From: Spirochaetota bacterium
GTDB lineage: Bacteria > Spirochaetota > JAAYUW01 > JAOAHJ01
DNA: 64,000 nucleotides
Assembly (NCBI GenBank): GCA_026415295.1
Contig: JAOAHJ010000016.1
Coordinates: 18,737-82,736, forward strand
Direction of reading: 5' to 3'
Part shown: piece by piece, positions 10,972-21,491 of the stretch
How the letters are laid out: every line of letters begins with the position of its first letter
Numbering within the stretch: the first letter of the stretch is position 1
The notes under the pieces: model-generated
Seen by the model: only the letters and a program-made list of their open reading frames with translations
Databases searched by the model: none
Told to the model about the DNA's origin: nothing
Position numbers and translations under genes: made by a program

Positions 10972-11871
10972 ATGTATTATAACAAAATTAACTATAAAAA
11001 AAGAAAGAAAAATACTAAAAATTTTTTTATTATTTTTTCTCTAACTGTTTTAATATTAATTTTAATTTATTTTATTGTCAGCTATTATTTTAATTTTTAT
11101 TCCAAAATAAAAAAACTAATAGATGAAAAAAAGTTCCTAAAAGCAGAAAATCTTATAGAAAAAAAAATAAAAAAAGAAAAGTTTAATCCAATTTTATTTT
11201 ATTATTATGGTTATCTATATTTTAATAAGAAAGATTTTTTTAATTCTCTATTATTTTTCAAAAAAGCTTTATTTTTCATTAATGAATATAATAATATTCC
11301 ATTTGATGTTTATTATTATATAGGTTTTTCATATTATTATCTTGGCAAAGATTATTATTATTATTCCTATAAATATTTAAATTATTATTTTGAAAATATT
11401 AAAATTAAAAAAATTGATCCTGAATTATATTTTATCCTAGGTATATTAGAAATTAACATTGAAAATTATAAAGGTGCATATAATCATTTATCTAAAATAT
11501 ACAAAGATTATAAATCAAATTTTAATTACCTTTATTATTTTAGCATAAGCCAAAAAAATGCAGGTTATTTAAATGAAGCAATTGAAAATTTAAAATTTAT
11601 TATCAATAAATCAAATGATATAGATTTGATAAAATCTAGTTTTTATTTATTAGGCAAGATTTATTTTGAATTAAAAGACTATAATGAAAGCCAACATTTT
11701 TTCTCAAAAGTTTTAGAATTAAACCCTACATCTTCTGATACTTATTATTATTTAGCTCTTATTGAATACAATAAAAAAAACTATGCTGATGCAAAAAGTT
11801 TGATTTTAAAGTCACTATTAATTAATCCAAACAATAAAGATTCCATTGAATTACTTAAAAAATTAAAATAA
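10972..11871 (+). CDS. TPR-repeat protein with N-terminal TM anchor
   Basis: N-terminal hydrophobic helix followed by repeated ~34-aa Y/F-rich TPR-like units (LGKIYFELKDYNESQHFFSKVLELNP, YYYLALIEYNKKNYADAKSLILKSLLINP). Confidence 0.5.
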   Translation: MYYNKINYKKRKKNTKNFFIIFSLTVLILILIYFIVSYYFNFYSKIKKLIDEKKFLKAENLIEKKIKKEKFNPILFYYYGYLYFNKKDFFNSLLFFKKALFFINEYNNIPFDVYYYIGFSYYYLGKDYYYYSYKYLNYYFENIKIKKIDPELYFILGILEINIENYKGAYNHLSKIYKDYKSNFNYLYYFSISQKNAGYLNEAIENLKFIINKSNDIDLIKSSFYLLGKIYFELKDYNESQHFFSKVLELNPTSSDTYYYLALIEYNKKNYADAKSLILKSLLINPNNKDSIELLKKLK

Positions 11872-11894
11872 TTTAAATAAATAAGGAGATTTTT

Positions 11895-12902
11895 ATGAGT
11901 ATTTTTAATTATTTTTCTTGTGATATAGGTATAGACCTTGGAACGGTCAACACACTTGTTTATGTTAGAGGTGAGGGAATTGTTGTTAATGAACCAACTG
12001 TAGTTGCTGTTGAAACTGGAACTAATAGGATTATTGCTACTGGCGCTGAAGCTAAAGCTATGATAGGTAGAACACCTGATGTTATAAGAGCAATTAGACC
12101 TATGAGAGATGGTGTAATTGCAGATTTTGAAATTGTAAATAAATTAATAAAAGATTTCATAAGAAAAGCTATTGGTAAAAGAATGTTTGTAAAACCAAGA
12201 ATAGTTATAGGAGTTCCATCTTGTATAACAGAAGTTGAAAGAAGAGCAGTATTAGAATCAGCTGAACAAGCTAATGCAAGAGAAGTTAGGACCATTGAAG
12301 AATCTATGGCTGCTGCAATTGGTGCAAATATTCCAATAGATGAGCCAGCTGGACATATGATTGTTGATATTGGAGGGGGGACAACAGAAATATCAGTTAT
12401 ATCCTTGGGAGGTATGGTTGTAACAAATGCAATAAGAGTAGCTGGGGATGAATTTGATGAAGCTATAATTAATTATTTAAGGAAGAAACATTCTTTAATT
12501 ATCGGAGAAAATACTGCAGAAACTATAAAAATAAAAATTGGAAATGCTTACCCAACAGGAGAAAAACAGACACTTGAAATTAAAGGGAGAGATTCCATTA
12601 AAGGATTACCTAGAACTTTAGTTGTTGATTCTGATGAAATTAGAGAAGCAATGAAGGAACCTCTAAATGCAATTATTGAAGAAATTAAGAAAACACTTGA
12701 CCAAACACCACCTGAACTTGCTGGAGACATTGTTGATAGAGGAATAGTAATGACAGGTGGGGGTTCTTTATTAAAGGGACTAGATAAATTAATTTCAGAA
12801 AGCACCCTTGTTCCTGCTTTCCTTGCAGATAATCCTCTAACTTCTGTAGTTATAGGAACTGCAAAATACCTTGAAATTCTTGACCAGAAAAAATATTTAT
12901 AA
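11895..12902 (+). CDS. mreB: Rod shape-determining actin homolog MreB
   Basis: [14 protein letters not shown] phosphate-1, [16 protein letters not shown] phosphate-2, [15 protein letters not shown] adenosine motif. 335 aa. AAGGAG RBS upstream. Confidence 0.92.
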   Translation: MSIFNYFSCDIGIDLGTVNTLVYVRGEGIVVNEPTVVAVETGTNRIIATGAEAKAMIGRTPDVIRAIRPMRDGVIADFEIVNKLIKDFIRKAIGKRMFVKPRIVIGVPSCITEVERRAVLESAEQANAREVRTIEESMAAAIGANIPIDEPAGHMIVDIGGGTTEISVISLGGMVVTNAIRVAGDEFDEAIINYLRKKHSLIIGENTAETIKIKIGNAYPTGEKQTLEIKGRDSIKGLPRTLVVDSDEIREAMKEPLNAIIEEIKKTLDQTPPELAGDIVDRGIVMTGGGSLLKGLDKLISESTLVPAFLADNPLTSVVIGTAKYLEILDQKKYL

Positions 12903-12907
12903 AATTT

Positions 12908-13759
12908 ATGAGCTTATCCAATATTAAAAATAAAGTAAATTTATTAACAATAATATATTTATTAATCTCAATTATATTAATGATAATTTCATCTCCAACT
13001 ATTAAATTTTCTCCTCAAATTTTTTTTGGAATGATTACATACCCTTTTATAATTGCATATAATAAATCTTCAGAATTTATAACAAACTTTTTTCTTTCTA
13101 TAAAAGAAAATAAAGAATTAAAAGAAGAAAATGAAAAACTAAAACAAGAAATAAAAATGCTTAAAGAAATTCAATATAATTATGACTATATTTTAAAAGA
13201 AAATCTAATCTTAAAAAATCTCTTAAATCTTCCTCAAGAAAAAGAATATCAATCGATTATTGCCAAAATAATTGCTAAAGATCCATTAAATCTTTATTCT
13301 ACAATATTAATAAATAAAGGATACACTTCTGGTATTAAAGTTGGAATGCCAGTTTATTATATCTTAGAAGGAGAAAAAGTAGTTGTGGGAAAGATAATTG
13401 AGATTGGTCCCTATTTTTCAAAAATAATTACAATTTTTGATCCAAGATTTTACATATCTGTAAAAGAGACAATTACAAACTTTACTGCTATATGTAAAGG
13501 AGAAGCTCCAAAATCTTTTGATTTAAATGTGTTATATTTAAGCAATGAAGCAAATATTAAATTTAATAGTATTTTTGTTACATCTGGTTTAGGAACTGAA
13601 TTCCCTGAAGGTTATAAAGTTGGAACAGTCAAATATATAAAAAAAGATTTATATAATATTTACCAAGAAGTAAGATTAAAACCATTAATAAACCTTTCAT
13701 CTATAGATTATGTGTTCATTCTTTTAAAAGAAAGTAATATTTGGGAAAAATTAAAATGA
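12908..13759 (+). CDS. mreC: Rod shape-determining protein MreC
   Basis: Immediately after mreB. N-terminal TM, coiled-coil ELKEENEKLKQEIKMLKE, then beta-rich C-terminal domain (GMPVYY..GKIIEIGP). Size 283 aa and position are typical. Confidence 0.65.
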   Translation: MSLSNIKNKVNLLTIIYLLISIILMIISSPTIKFSPQIFFGMITYPFIIAYNKSSEFITNFFLSIKENKELKEENEKLKQEIKMLKEIQYNYDYILKENLILKNLLNLPQEKEYQSIIAKIIAKDPLNLYSTILINKGYTSGIKVGMPVYYILEGEKVVVGKIIEIGPYFSKIITIFDPRFYISVKETITNFTAICKGEAPKSFDLNVLYLSNEANIKFNSIFVTSGLGTEFPEGYKVGTVKYIKKDLYNIYQEVRLKPLINLSSIDYVFILLKESNIWEKLK

Positions 13760-14271
13760 AAAAATTTTTGTTTTATATATTATCTTTATCTATAATAATT
13801 TTTCTTCAAGTTTCATCAATAATTCATAAATATTTGTCTATTAATAAAATAATTCCAGACTTTTTATTAATTTATCTTATTATTATCTCATTTTATACAG
13901 AAACTTATGAATCACTTACTGTAGGTTTTATTTCAGGATTATTTATAGATTTCTTTTCTTCTACCTTATTTGGATTTAGTTCATTTACTTATGTTACTAT
14001 TATTTTTATTTTTAACAAAATAAAAAGATTTATAAATATTGAAAAAATTTCTTTTTTAATGTTAATTATACTTATTTCTTTGATAATTAAGCTTTTCTTC
14101 ATATATTTCTTTGGAGTTTTATTCAAAGAAATATTTATAATATATAAAAATATTTTAATAAATTATATAATTAATATTTTTTATACAACTTTTATTTCGC
14201 CATTTTTATACTATATTTTAAACTTTATAATAAATAAATTAAATGTATATAAAAATCAGATTTTTGTATAA
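13756..14271 (+). CDS. mreD: Rod shape-determining protein MreD (small polytopic membrane protein)
   Basis: ~170-aa all-hydrophobic protein directly after mreC. The track start 13741 is TTG; the ATG at 13756 overlaps the mreC stop (ATGA-type coupling). Confidence 0.5.
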   Translation: MKKFLFYILSLSIIIFLQVSSIIHKYLSINKIIPDFLLIYLIIISFYTETYESLTVGFISGLFIDFFSSTLFGFSSFTYVTIIFIFNKIKRFINIEKISFLMLIILISLIIKLFFIYFFGVLFKEIFIIYKNILINYIINIFYTTFISPFLYYILNFIINKLNVYKNQIFV

Positions 14272-14296
14272 CTTTTAATAAAAAAAATTAAAAATT

Positions 14297-16108
14297 ATGG
14301 AATACAAAGTAAAGTCAGTTATTTTTTCAATAATTACTATTATAATCTTTTTAATTTTTACTATTAAACTTTTTTCACTTCAAATTATTTCAAATTATAT
14401 TTATGTTATTAAATCATCTAAAAATCTAGAAGTAAATGAATATATAATTCCTTTAAGAGGAGAAATTAAAGATAGAAATGGAGAACTTCTTGCTAAAAAT
14501 ATTCCAAGTTTCAATATTTTTATAATTAAAAAGAAAAATAACATAAACTATATTTTAAATCAACTAATATTTCTTTCTAAAATTACTGATTTTAATATTG
14601 AAGATATAGTATCAAAATTCAATAAAAGTTATTTAAATCAAAAAATATATTTAAAATATCAAATTGATAAAGAAACCTTAACAAAGATTCTTGAAAATTA
14701 CTTTTTATTCCCAGATATAAATTGGGAAAATAGTTTTATTAGATTTTATCCATATGGTGAAAATTATTTTCATACTATCGGTTATATAGGAGAAATTGAT
14801 GAAAAAGAATTAAAACTACTTTCTGGTAAGGATTATAAATTTGGAGATTTAATTGGTAAAATAGGACTTGAAAAATATTATGATGAATATTTAAAAGGTA
14901 TAAAAGGTATAAAAATAATAAAAACAAATGCTAAAGGTGAAATTATTGAGGAAATAATAAAAGAGGAACCTATTGCTGGGGATACTCTTATATTAAGTTT
15001 CGATAACAGAATTCAAAATGCAGCTAAAATATTACTTGAAAATTATAGAGGATCTGTAATAGTTCAAAATATTAAAACAGGTGAAATAATTGCCATGGCA
15101 TCTAACCCTTCTATTGATCCAAATCTTTTTGTTAAAGGAATTTCTAAGAAAAAATTTCAAGATATTTTAAATAATCCAGATACACCCCTTTTATTTAGAG
15201 CTATTTCTTCAGAATACCCTGCTTCTTCTATATATAAACTACTTATAGCAATTGGAATACTAAATGAAAAATCCATGAACCCTTATGATAAAATATTATG
15301 TACAGGACAAACACAATTAGGAAATAGAATATTTAAATGCCATTCAATTCACGGCTATGAAAATCTTTTTAGCGGCATTAAAGATTCTTGTAATGTGTAT
15401 TTTTATAATGCAGCATCAAGATTGGGAATTAATAACATTATTAAGTATTCTAAACTCTTCGGATTTGGTGAATTGACAGAAATAGATATTTTTGGTGAAA
15501 AGTCAGGATTTATACCCACACCAGAGTGGAAATTAGATAAAATAGGTGAACCATGGTTTGAAGGCGACACTTATAATATTGGTATAGGTCAAGGTTATTT
15601 ACTTTGCACAGTTCTCCAAATAAATATGTTTACCTCAATTATTGCTAATAAAGGAATAAATTATAAGCCACATTTTCTAATAAGATTTATCGATCCAAAA
15701 ACAAAACAGATTAAAATTAATTATATTCCTCAAATTTTTAAAAAAGTTGATCTTCCAGATGATGTTTGGAATTTCATTATAAATGCAATGATTGAGGTTG
15801 TTAAAACAGGAACAGCGTGGTGGGGAGCTACAACTTCAAAAGTTGAAATTGCAGGGAAAACCGGAACAGCTCAGAATTTAGGAGAAGACCATTCATGGTT
15901 TTCCTGTTTTGGACCTGTGGAAAACCCTCAATATGCAATAACTGTTATGTTAGAAAATGCCGGCTTTGGTTCTGCACATGCTGCTCCTATTGCTGCGATT
16001 TTATTTGATATGCTATATTCTGATAAATCTTTAGAAGAGATAAAAAAAGATATTGAAATTGCAAGATATAAAAAATATCTTAATAGAGGAAATAAGAAAA
16101 ATGATTAA
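14297..16108 (+). CDS. mrdA: Penicillin-binding protein 2 (elongasome transpeptidase)
   Basis: N-terminal TM, PBP dimerisation domain, transpeptidase S-x-x-K (PASSIYKL), SxN-like, KTGTA (AGKTGTAQ). Position between mreD and rodA. Confidence 0.8.
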   Translation: MEYKVKSVIFSIITIIIFLIFTIKLFSLQIISNYIYVIKSSKNLEVNEYIIPLRGEIKDRNGELLAKNIPSFNIFIIKKKNNINYILNQLIFLSKITDFNIEDIVSKFNKSYLNQKIYLKYQIDKETLTKILENYFLFPDINWENSFIRFYPYGENYFHTIGYIGEIDEKELKLLSGKDYKFGDLIGKIGLEKYYDEYLKGIKGIKIIKTNAKGEIIEEIIKEEPIAGDTLILSFDNRIQNAAKILLENYRGSVIVQNIKTGEIIAMASNPSIDPNLFVKGISKKKFQDILNNPDTPLLFRAISSEYPASSIYKLLIAIGILNEKSMNPYDKILCTGQTQLGNRIFKCHSIHGYENLFSGIKDSCNVYFYNAASRLGINNIIKYSKLFGFGELTEIDIFGEKSGFIPTPEWKLDKIGEPWFEGDTYNIGIGQGYLLCTVLQINMFTSIIANKGINYKPHFLIRFIDPKTKQIKINYIPQIFKKVDLPDDVWNFIINAMIEVVKTGTAWWGATTSKVEIAGKTGTAQNLGEDHSWFSCFGPVENPQYAITVMLENAGFGSAHAAPIAAILFDMLYSDKSLEEIKKDIEIARYKKYLNRGNKKND

Positions 16109-17429
16109 AAATAAATATGCAAATGAATTTTTTAGTAACTTTGATTATATTATTTTTATTACTTCAATTATTTTGATTGTTATGGGATTATTTGCTGTAT
16201 ATTCATCTACATATAATTATAAACAGTTAGAAGATAGATTTATAAAACAATTTATTTTCTTTTTAATAGGCCTTGCTTCTGGAATATTTTTATTATTTAT
16301 AAATTACAAAAAAATAGCTGATAACTCTATGCTTTTATATATAGCTCTTATTTTTTTACTTATCATTACCTTAGTTTTTGGTAAAAGAATTAATGGTTCT
16401 AAAAGTTGGCTCTCAATTTTTGGTTTAGGTATACAATTCTCAGAACTTGGTAAAATAATCATAATTTTGTTTCTTTCAAAATATATTTCCTTATATGAAA
16501 AAGATATTAAATATAAATCATCTATTAATTTTTTTATACTTTTAATTTTATTCTTATCCATTCCTGTTTTATTGATACTAGTACAGCCAGATCTTGGAAC
16601 TATAATTATATACTATTTTATTTTTATTTTTTTAGCTTTTTTTTCAGGTTTAAATTATTTTCTTACCATAAGTTGTTTAATATTACCATTTTTTTCTTTT
16701 TTAATTCCATTATTAAGATCATTCTTAACAACAACAAAATCTTTTACTCCATTAAATAACCTTATTTTTTCTAATAACTATTTTTTATTTATTTCTTTTA
16801 TAATTTTTCTTATAGCCATTATATTTTTATTTTTGCATTTTAATCTAAAAAATAAAGCTTTTTTGTTTGTATTTTTTATTTTAATTAGTATTTCAATATC
16901 TTTTGTTGCTGGAATATTTCTTGATAAATTTCTTAAGGGTTATCAAAAGGCAAGACTAATAGTATTTGTAAATCCTGAACTTGATAAATTAGGTGCAGGA
17001 TATAATATTATTCAATCCAAAATTGCTATAGGTTCTGGTGGACTTTTCGGTAAAGGTTATCTTAAAGGTACCCAAGCTCAATTTGGTTTTTTACCAGAAA
17101 AAAGTACAGACTTTATTTTTTCAATAATAGGAGAAGAATTCGGATTTATTGGAACATTTCTGTTATTATTAATATACGCTATTTTTCTTTTAAGACTAGC
17201 CTATCTAATTAACTCAATTAAAGACTATCTTGGAAAACTTATAATTACAGGAATATTCTCCTATTTTTTTACACAGTCTATACTTAATATTGGTATGACA
17301 ATTGGTTTAATGCCAATAACAGGTGTGCCTCTACCTTTTATATCCTATGGTGGATCATCTTTATTAACTTCTATCTATTCAGTTTTTATTGTATTAAATA
17401 TAAATTCAAGAAGATATAGTATAGATTAA
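16101..17429 (+). CDS. rodA: Peptidoglycan glycosyltransferase RodA (SEDS family)
   Basis: FtsW/RodA/SpoVE topology, ~10 TM helices. C-terminal MPITGVPLPFISYGGSSLL SEDS signature. I prefer the ATG at 16101 (GGAAATAAG spacer upstream, 8-nt overlap with mrdA) over the track start 16053. Confidence 0.8.
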   Translation: MIKNKYANEFFSNFDYIIFITSIILIVMGLFAVYSSTYNYKQLEDRFIKQFIFFLIGLASGIFLLFINYKKIADNSMLLYIALIFLLIITLVFGKRINGSKSWLSIFGLGIQFSELGKIIIILFLSKYISLYEKDIKYKSSINFFILLILFLSIPVLLILVQPDLGTIIIYYFIFIFLAFFSGLNYFLTISCLILPFFSFLIPLLRSFLTTTKSFTPLNNLIFSNNYFLFISFIIFLIAIIFLFLHFNLKNKAFLFVFFILISISISFVAGIFLDKFLKGYQKARLIVFVNPELDKLGAGYNIIQSKIAIGSGGLFGKGYLKGTQAQFGFLPEKSTDFIFSIIGEEFGFIGTFLLLLIYAIFLLRLAYLINSIKDYLGKLIITGIFSYFFTQSILNIGMTIGLMPITGVPLPFISYGGSSLLTSIYSVFIVLNINSRRYSID

Positions 17430-17550
17430 AATAAAATATTTATTAAACATTTTTAGTTAAAAAAAATAATTTTATTTTTTTATTAATTTTTTTTATTTTA
17501 CTAAAATATTGTTGCTATAAATCAATGAAATTAATATTATAATTAATTAA

Positions 17551-20037
17551 ATGAAAATAAATAATAAAAACAACATTAATGATATAATTGATTTATTAGA
17601 TAAAGTATACAAACCAGCTCGATATATTGGAATAGAACCAAATTCAATAAATAAATTTAACCTTTATAAAAAAAATAATATATATAAATTCTGTATAAGC
17701 TATCCAGATCTTTATGAAGTAGGAATGAGTAATCTTTCTATAAAAATTATCTATTTTTTATTAAATTCAATAGAAAATATTATTTGTGAAAGAGTTTTTT
17801 TGCCAGATGATGATTTGATAAAACTATTAAAAAATAAATCATTTCCTCTTTTTTCTCTTGAAACATGGAATTTTGTTAAAGATTTTAATATGGTAGGTTT
17901 TTCTATTCATAGTGAACTTACATATACTAACATACTCAAAATACTTGAATTATCCAAAATAAGTATATTTAGAAAAGAAAGAGATGATAACGAACCTATA
18001 ATAATAGCTGGTGGATCTAATATATTAAATCCCTTCCCTTTATCTGAATTTATAGATCTTTTTTTCATTGGAGAAGTTGAAGAAATTTTACCTTCAATAA
18101 TCAAAGAAGACAGAAATCTTATTAAAAATAAAATATCAAGAAAGGACAGAATAAAAGCTATATCAAAATTTGATGGTATTTTCAATCCAGAATTAAAAAA
18201 TAAAACTTATAGAGTTTTTGTAAAAGATCTCAACAACAATTATATCCTTAAAACCGATTTTCTACCACTTGTTAAACCTATTCAAGATAGAGTTTCAGTA
18301 GAAATTGCTAGAGGATGTGTTAATGGTTGTAGATTTTGCCAAGCAGGCTACTTTTATAGACCCTATAGGGAAAAATCTCCAAAACTTATTATTGAACAAA
18401 TAAAAGAAATAATTAAAAACACTGGTTATGAAGAATTAAATTTGACATCTCTTTCAATATCTGATTATACAAACATTATACAACTTGTAAAAATTCTTGA
18501 TTCATTAAGTATTTTTAATATATCTATTTCAGTACCATCATTAAGATTAATATCCTTTCCATTGGATCTATTAGATTCTTTAAAAATTGTAAGAAAAGCT
18601 GGCCTTACTTTTGCAATTGAAGCAGGAAATGAATATATTAGAAACAAAATAAATAAATTTTTTGATGAAGAAAAGCTTTTTTATTTACTTGAGCTTATTT
18701 CTATAAAAGGATGGAATCTCATAAAGTTCTATTTTATAATTGGTTTTCCTAATGTAACCAATGAAGAAATATATATAGAAAATTTATTAAAAAATATAAA
18801 TAAAAAGTTTCCAAAATTAAATATAAATGTCAATATTTCATTATTTATTCCTAAAGTAAAAACTCCCTTACAAGATTATGAACAAATAAATATATCAGAA
18901 TATAATGCTAAGTGCTTATATCTTAAAAAATCTTTTGAAAAAAATAAAAGAATATCAATAAAATATTCTGATCCTTATAAAAGTTACTTTGAATATTATT
19001 TTTCTCAAGCGGATACCTATGCTTCAAAATTATTATCAGAAGCTTTAATTTATGATAAATATAGGGAAAGTTGGGATGAACATTTTGATAAAAATTTTTG
19101 GAAATATTTATTTGATAAATATCCTTTAAAAAAAGCTGATTTTTCACTAATAGAAAATAGAATAGATGACTCTTTTTTAAATAAAGAAAAGAGTTACTAT
19201 GAAAAAGGTATTAAAACCAATAATTGTATAGAAAAAAAATGTAATAACTGTGGAGTTTGCACTGATAATTTTAAAAATATAATTATGGAAAAATTGAACG
19301 AACAAGAAATATCAAAATTAAAAAGTGAAATAGAAAATCTTACATTTATATATTCATTTAACAAAACCTCTGAACCACAAAATTATCTTCTATTGTTTAA
19401 TAAAACTGATCTAATGAAATATATTGGACATATAGATTTTTATACATTAACTTATAGATTGCTTAAAAAAGTCGGTATTGATCTCATCTATTCAAAAGGT
19501 TATAATCCTATGCCAAAAATATCTTTTCCTTACCCAGCCCCAATAAATTTTGAAACTTATAATGATTTATTAATTTTAAGTTGCTTTTCAAAATTTGATG
19601 ATAGTGATTTAGAATATAGAAAAACTATTTCAAAAATAAATTATTTCTTACCTGATGGTTTTAGAATTACTAAAATAATTAAAAAAAAACCAGAAGATAT
19701 AAAAAATATTAATTTAAATATTTTCTATTTATTAGAACTTAAAAATTCTATATTAGAGCATAATATAGATATTTTTAAAATAAAAAATGAAATTTATGAA
19801 CTTATTAAAACTAACCCAAATTTTATGAACTTTGAAATAATAGATAATGATGTTATTTTAAACAATTTTATTAATTCATACTTTGCCAATATAAATACAA
19901 TTAATTTTAAAACTTGTTTTTTAATTAAATTTAAAAGCTATGTAAATATAAAAGAAAATATAAAAAACCCTTTCAAAAATTTTAATAATGAACTTATAAA
20001 TTATTTTTCCATAAAAAGAATTTTTACATTTTCTTAA
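17551..20037 (+). CDS. Radical SAM protein, TIGR03960-like core fused to a DUF2344/TIGR03936-like C-terminal domain
   Basis: IARGCVNGCRFCQAGYFYRP (CxxxCxxC radical-SAM cluster motif in the TIGR03960 context), 828 aa. The C-terminal ~230 aa (GHIDFYTLTYRLLKKVGIDLIYSKGYNPMPKISF..) resemble the stand-alone DUF2344 partner that is usually a separate adjacent gene. Confidence 0.55.
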   Translation: MKINNKNNINDIIDLLDKVYKPARYIGIEPNSINKFNLYKKNNIYKFCISYPDLYEVGMSNLSIKIIYFLLNSIENIICERVFLPDDDLIKLLKNKSFPLFSLETWNFVKDFNMVGFSIHSELTYTNILKILELSKISIFRKERDDNEPIIIAGGSNILNPFPLSEFIDLFFIGEVEEILPSIIKEDRNLIKNKISRKDRIKAISKFDGIFNPELKNKTYRVFVKDLNNNYILKTDFLPLVKPIQDRVSVEIARGCVNGCRFCQAGYFYRPYREKSPKLIIEQIKEIIKNTGYEELNLTSLSISDYTNIIQLVKILDSLSIFNISISVPSLRLISFPLDLLDSLKIVRKAGLTFAIEAGNEYIRNKINKFFDEEKLFYLLELISIKGWNLIKFYFIIGFPNVTNEEIYIENLLKNINKKFPKLNINVNISLFIPKVKTPLQDYEQINISEYNAKCLYLKKSFEKNKRISIKYSDPYKSYFEYYFSQADTYASKLLSEALIYDKYRESWDEHFDKNFWKYLFDKYPLKKADFSLIENRIDDSFLNKEKSYYEKGIKTNNCIEKKCNNCGVCTDNFKNIIMEKLNEQEISKLKSEIENLTFIYSFNKTSEPQNYLLLFNKTDLMKYIGHIDFYTLTYRLLKKVGIDLIYSKGYNPMPKISFPYPAPINFETYNDLLILSCFSKFDDSDLEYRKTISKINYFLPDGFRITKIIKKKPEDIKNINLNIFYLLELKNSILEHNIDIFKIKNEIYELIKTNPNFMNFEIIDNDVILNNFINSYFANINTINFKTCFLIKFKSYVNIKENIKNPFKNFNNELINYFSIKRIFTFS

Positions 20038-20095
20038 ATAAAAAACGAACAAATTAGTTAGTGATTAAATTTTTCTTTATGTCGAATAATATAGT

Positions 20096-20710
20096 ATGAT
20101 GAAAAAAAACAATAAAATTTTTGTTATAATATTTCTTCTAATTTTACAAATTTTTAGTTTAAAAGAAATATTTTCTGAAGATTTTCCAAACAAAATAATA
20201 TATTACCAAAATAACCAAGAAAATAAAAATAACCAAAAAAGTGAAGAGAATAAATTGCCAAGAAACTATAAAGATTTTTACCTTGGAATGAAACTAACTG
20301 ATTTTATTAATTTAATAGAAAAAGTTGACTACTTATTATATGAAGGAAAAATCGATGTTTCGCTTTATGAAGTAGATAAAAATTTATTTAAGGCTTCTGT
20401 TCCCCCATACATAAGAAAACTGATATTTTTCTTTTATAAAGAAATATTATCTTTATTTACATTTTATTATGACAACAAATATGTTAATTTTTTTTCAAGA
20501 TATAAGTCTTTATGTGAAAAATATGGCAATCCTAACCAAATGGATTCAGAAAGATTTATTTGGGAAGACGAATCTACCATTATAATTTTAGAACGAACAA
20601 ATATATTAAAAGTTATAGATAAGAACTTTATTAATAATATACAAAATGAATACAAAAATATAGAAAATTTAATCAAAATCTCAATGGATCAAGCTTTTGA
20701 TAATTTCTAA
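20096..20710 (+). CDS. Hypothetical secreted protein
   Basis: Signal-peptide-like N-terminus (MMKKNNKIFVIIFLLILQIFSLKEIFS); no recognisable domain. Confidence 0.3.
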   Translation: MMKKNNKIFVIIFLLILQIFSLKEIFSEDFPNKIIYYQNNQENKNNQKSEENKLPRNYKDFYLGMKLTDFINLIEKVDYLLYEGKIDVSLYEVDKNLFKASVPPYIRKLIFFFYKEILSLFTFYYDNKYVNFFSRYKSLCEKYGNPNQMDSERFIWEDESTIIILERTNILKVIDKNFINNIQNEYKNIENLIKISMDQAFDNF

Positions 20711-20785
20711 TCTAAATTTGATTTAAAATAAAAAAAGATTAAATTTTATTGATGATTTTTTGACAATTTTATAAAGGAGTTATTT

Positions 20786-21433
20786 ATGAAAAAACTATTT
20801 AATTTAAAATTAAATCATTTTCACTATCTATTAACTTTAAGTATTTTTTTAATAGCTCTTATAATATTTAATTTTTCGCATATTATTCTTGGACAAAGTG
20901 ATACTGCTGATGCTAGTATAATTTTACATCAAAATACTCTCAATAAATTCCTCTCTTCTATTGGTACTTTAAGAAAAACAAACACATATAATATAATGGG
21001 ACTTAAAGGGGAATATACATGGGAAATTATTAATCCTAAAATTGTTCTAACAAAAGATAAAGCATCATTTATAGGTGATGTGAATATAATTTTAACTTCA
21101 ATAAATTCATCCTACAAAACACCTGTTAATGGAACCGTTTCAATTAAATATAATAAAGAGACAAATAAGATTTCTGTCAAAGTAGAAAAAGCTTCATTTG
21201 ATATAAATATCAAAGTTCTAGGTAAAGATACTAAAATTGGAGAAGTTGATTTGGCTAAATATTATCAAATAAAATTTGAATTTCCTGGTCCAAAACCTTA
21301 CGAAGCTCAAGTAGATGTTGAAATGCCTGATGGTAAAATCAAAAAAATTAAAATTGACACAAATCCAATTCTTAAAATAGAAGATGAAAAAATTGTAGTA
21401 GGAGCTGAATTAATTTATACTCCTTTAAATTAA
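20786..21433 (+). CDS. Hypothetical membrane-anchored/secreted protein
   Basis: N-terminal TM, beta-rich remainder, no motif recognised. AAGGAG RBS upstream. Confidence 0.35.
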   Translation: MKKLFNLKLNHFHYLLTLSIFLIALIIFNFSHIILGQSDTADASIILHQNTLNKFLSSIGTLRKTNTYNIMGLKGEYTWEIINPKIVLTKDKASFIGDVNIILTSINSSYKTPVNGTVSIKYNKETNKISVKVEKASFDINIKVLGKDTKIGEVDLAKYYQIKFEFPGPKPYEAQVDVEMPDGKIKKIKIDTNPILKIEDEKIVVGAELIYTPLN

Positions 21434-21491
21434 AACTTCTATTAATAATTAATAATTCATTGTGATTATAATCTAATACAAAAATTATAAA

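Noticed and set aside
11960-12805. Two minus-strand ORFs (111 and 85 aa) inside mreB
   Set aside because: Antisense to a highly conserved gene. They are Ser/Thr/Leu-rich because they are the reverse frame of the MreB sequence; not genes.
16304-20676. Short antisense ORFs (16304-16561, 17907-18185, 18465-18647, 18923-19147, 20467-20676)
   Set aside because: All sit inside longer, better-supported CDS on the opposite strand (rodA, radical SAM, secreted protein); typical AT-rich artefacts.
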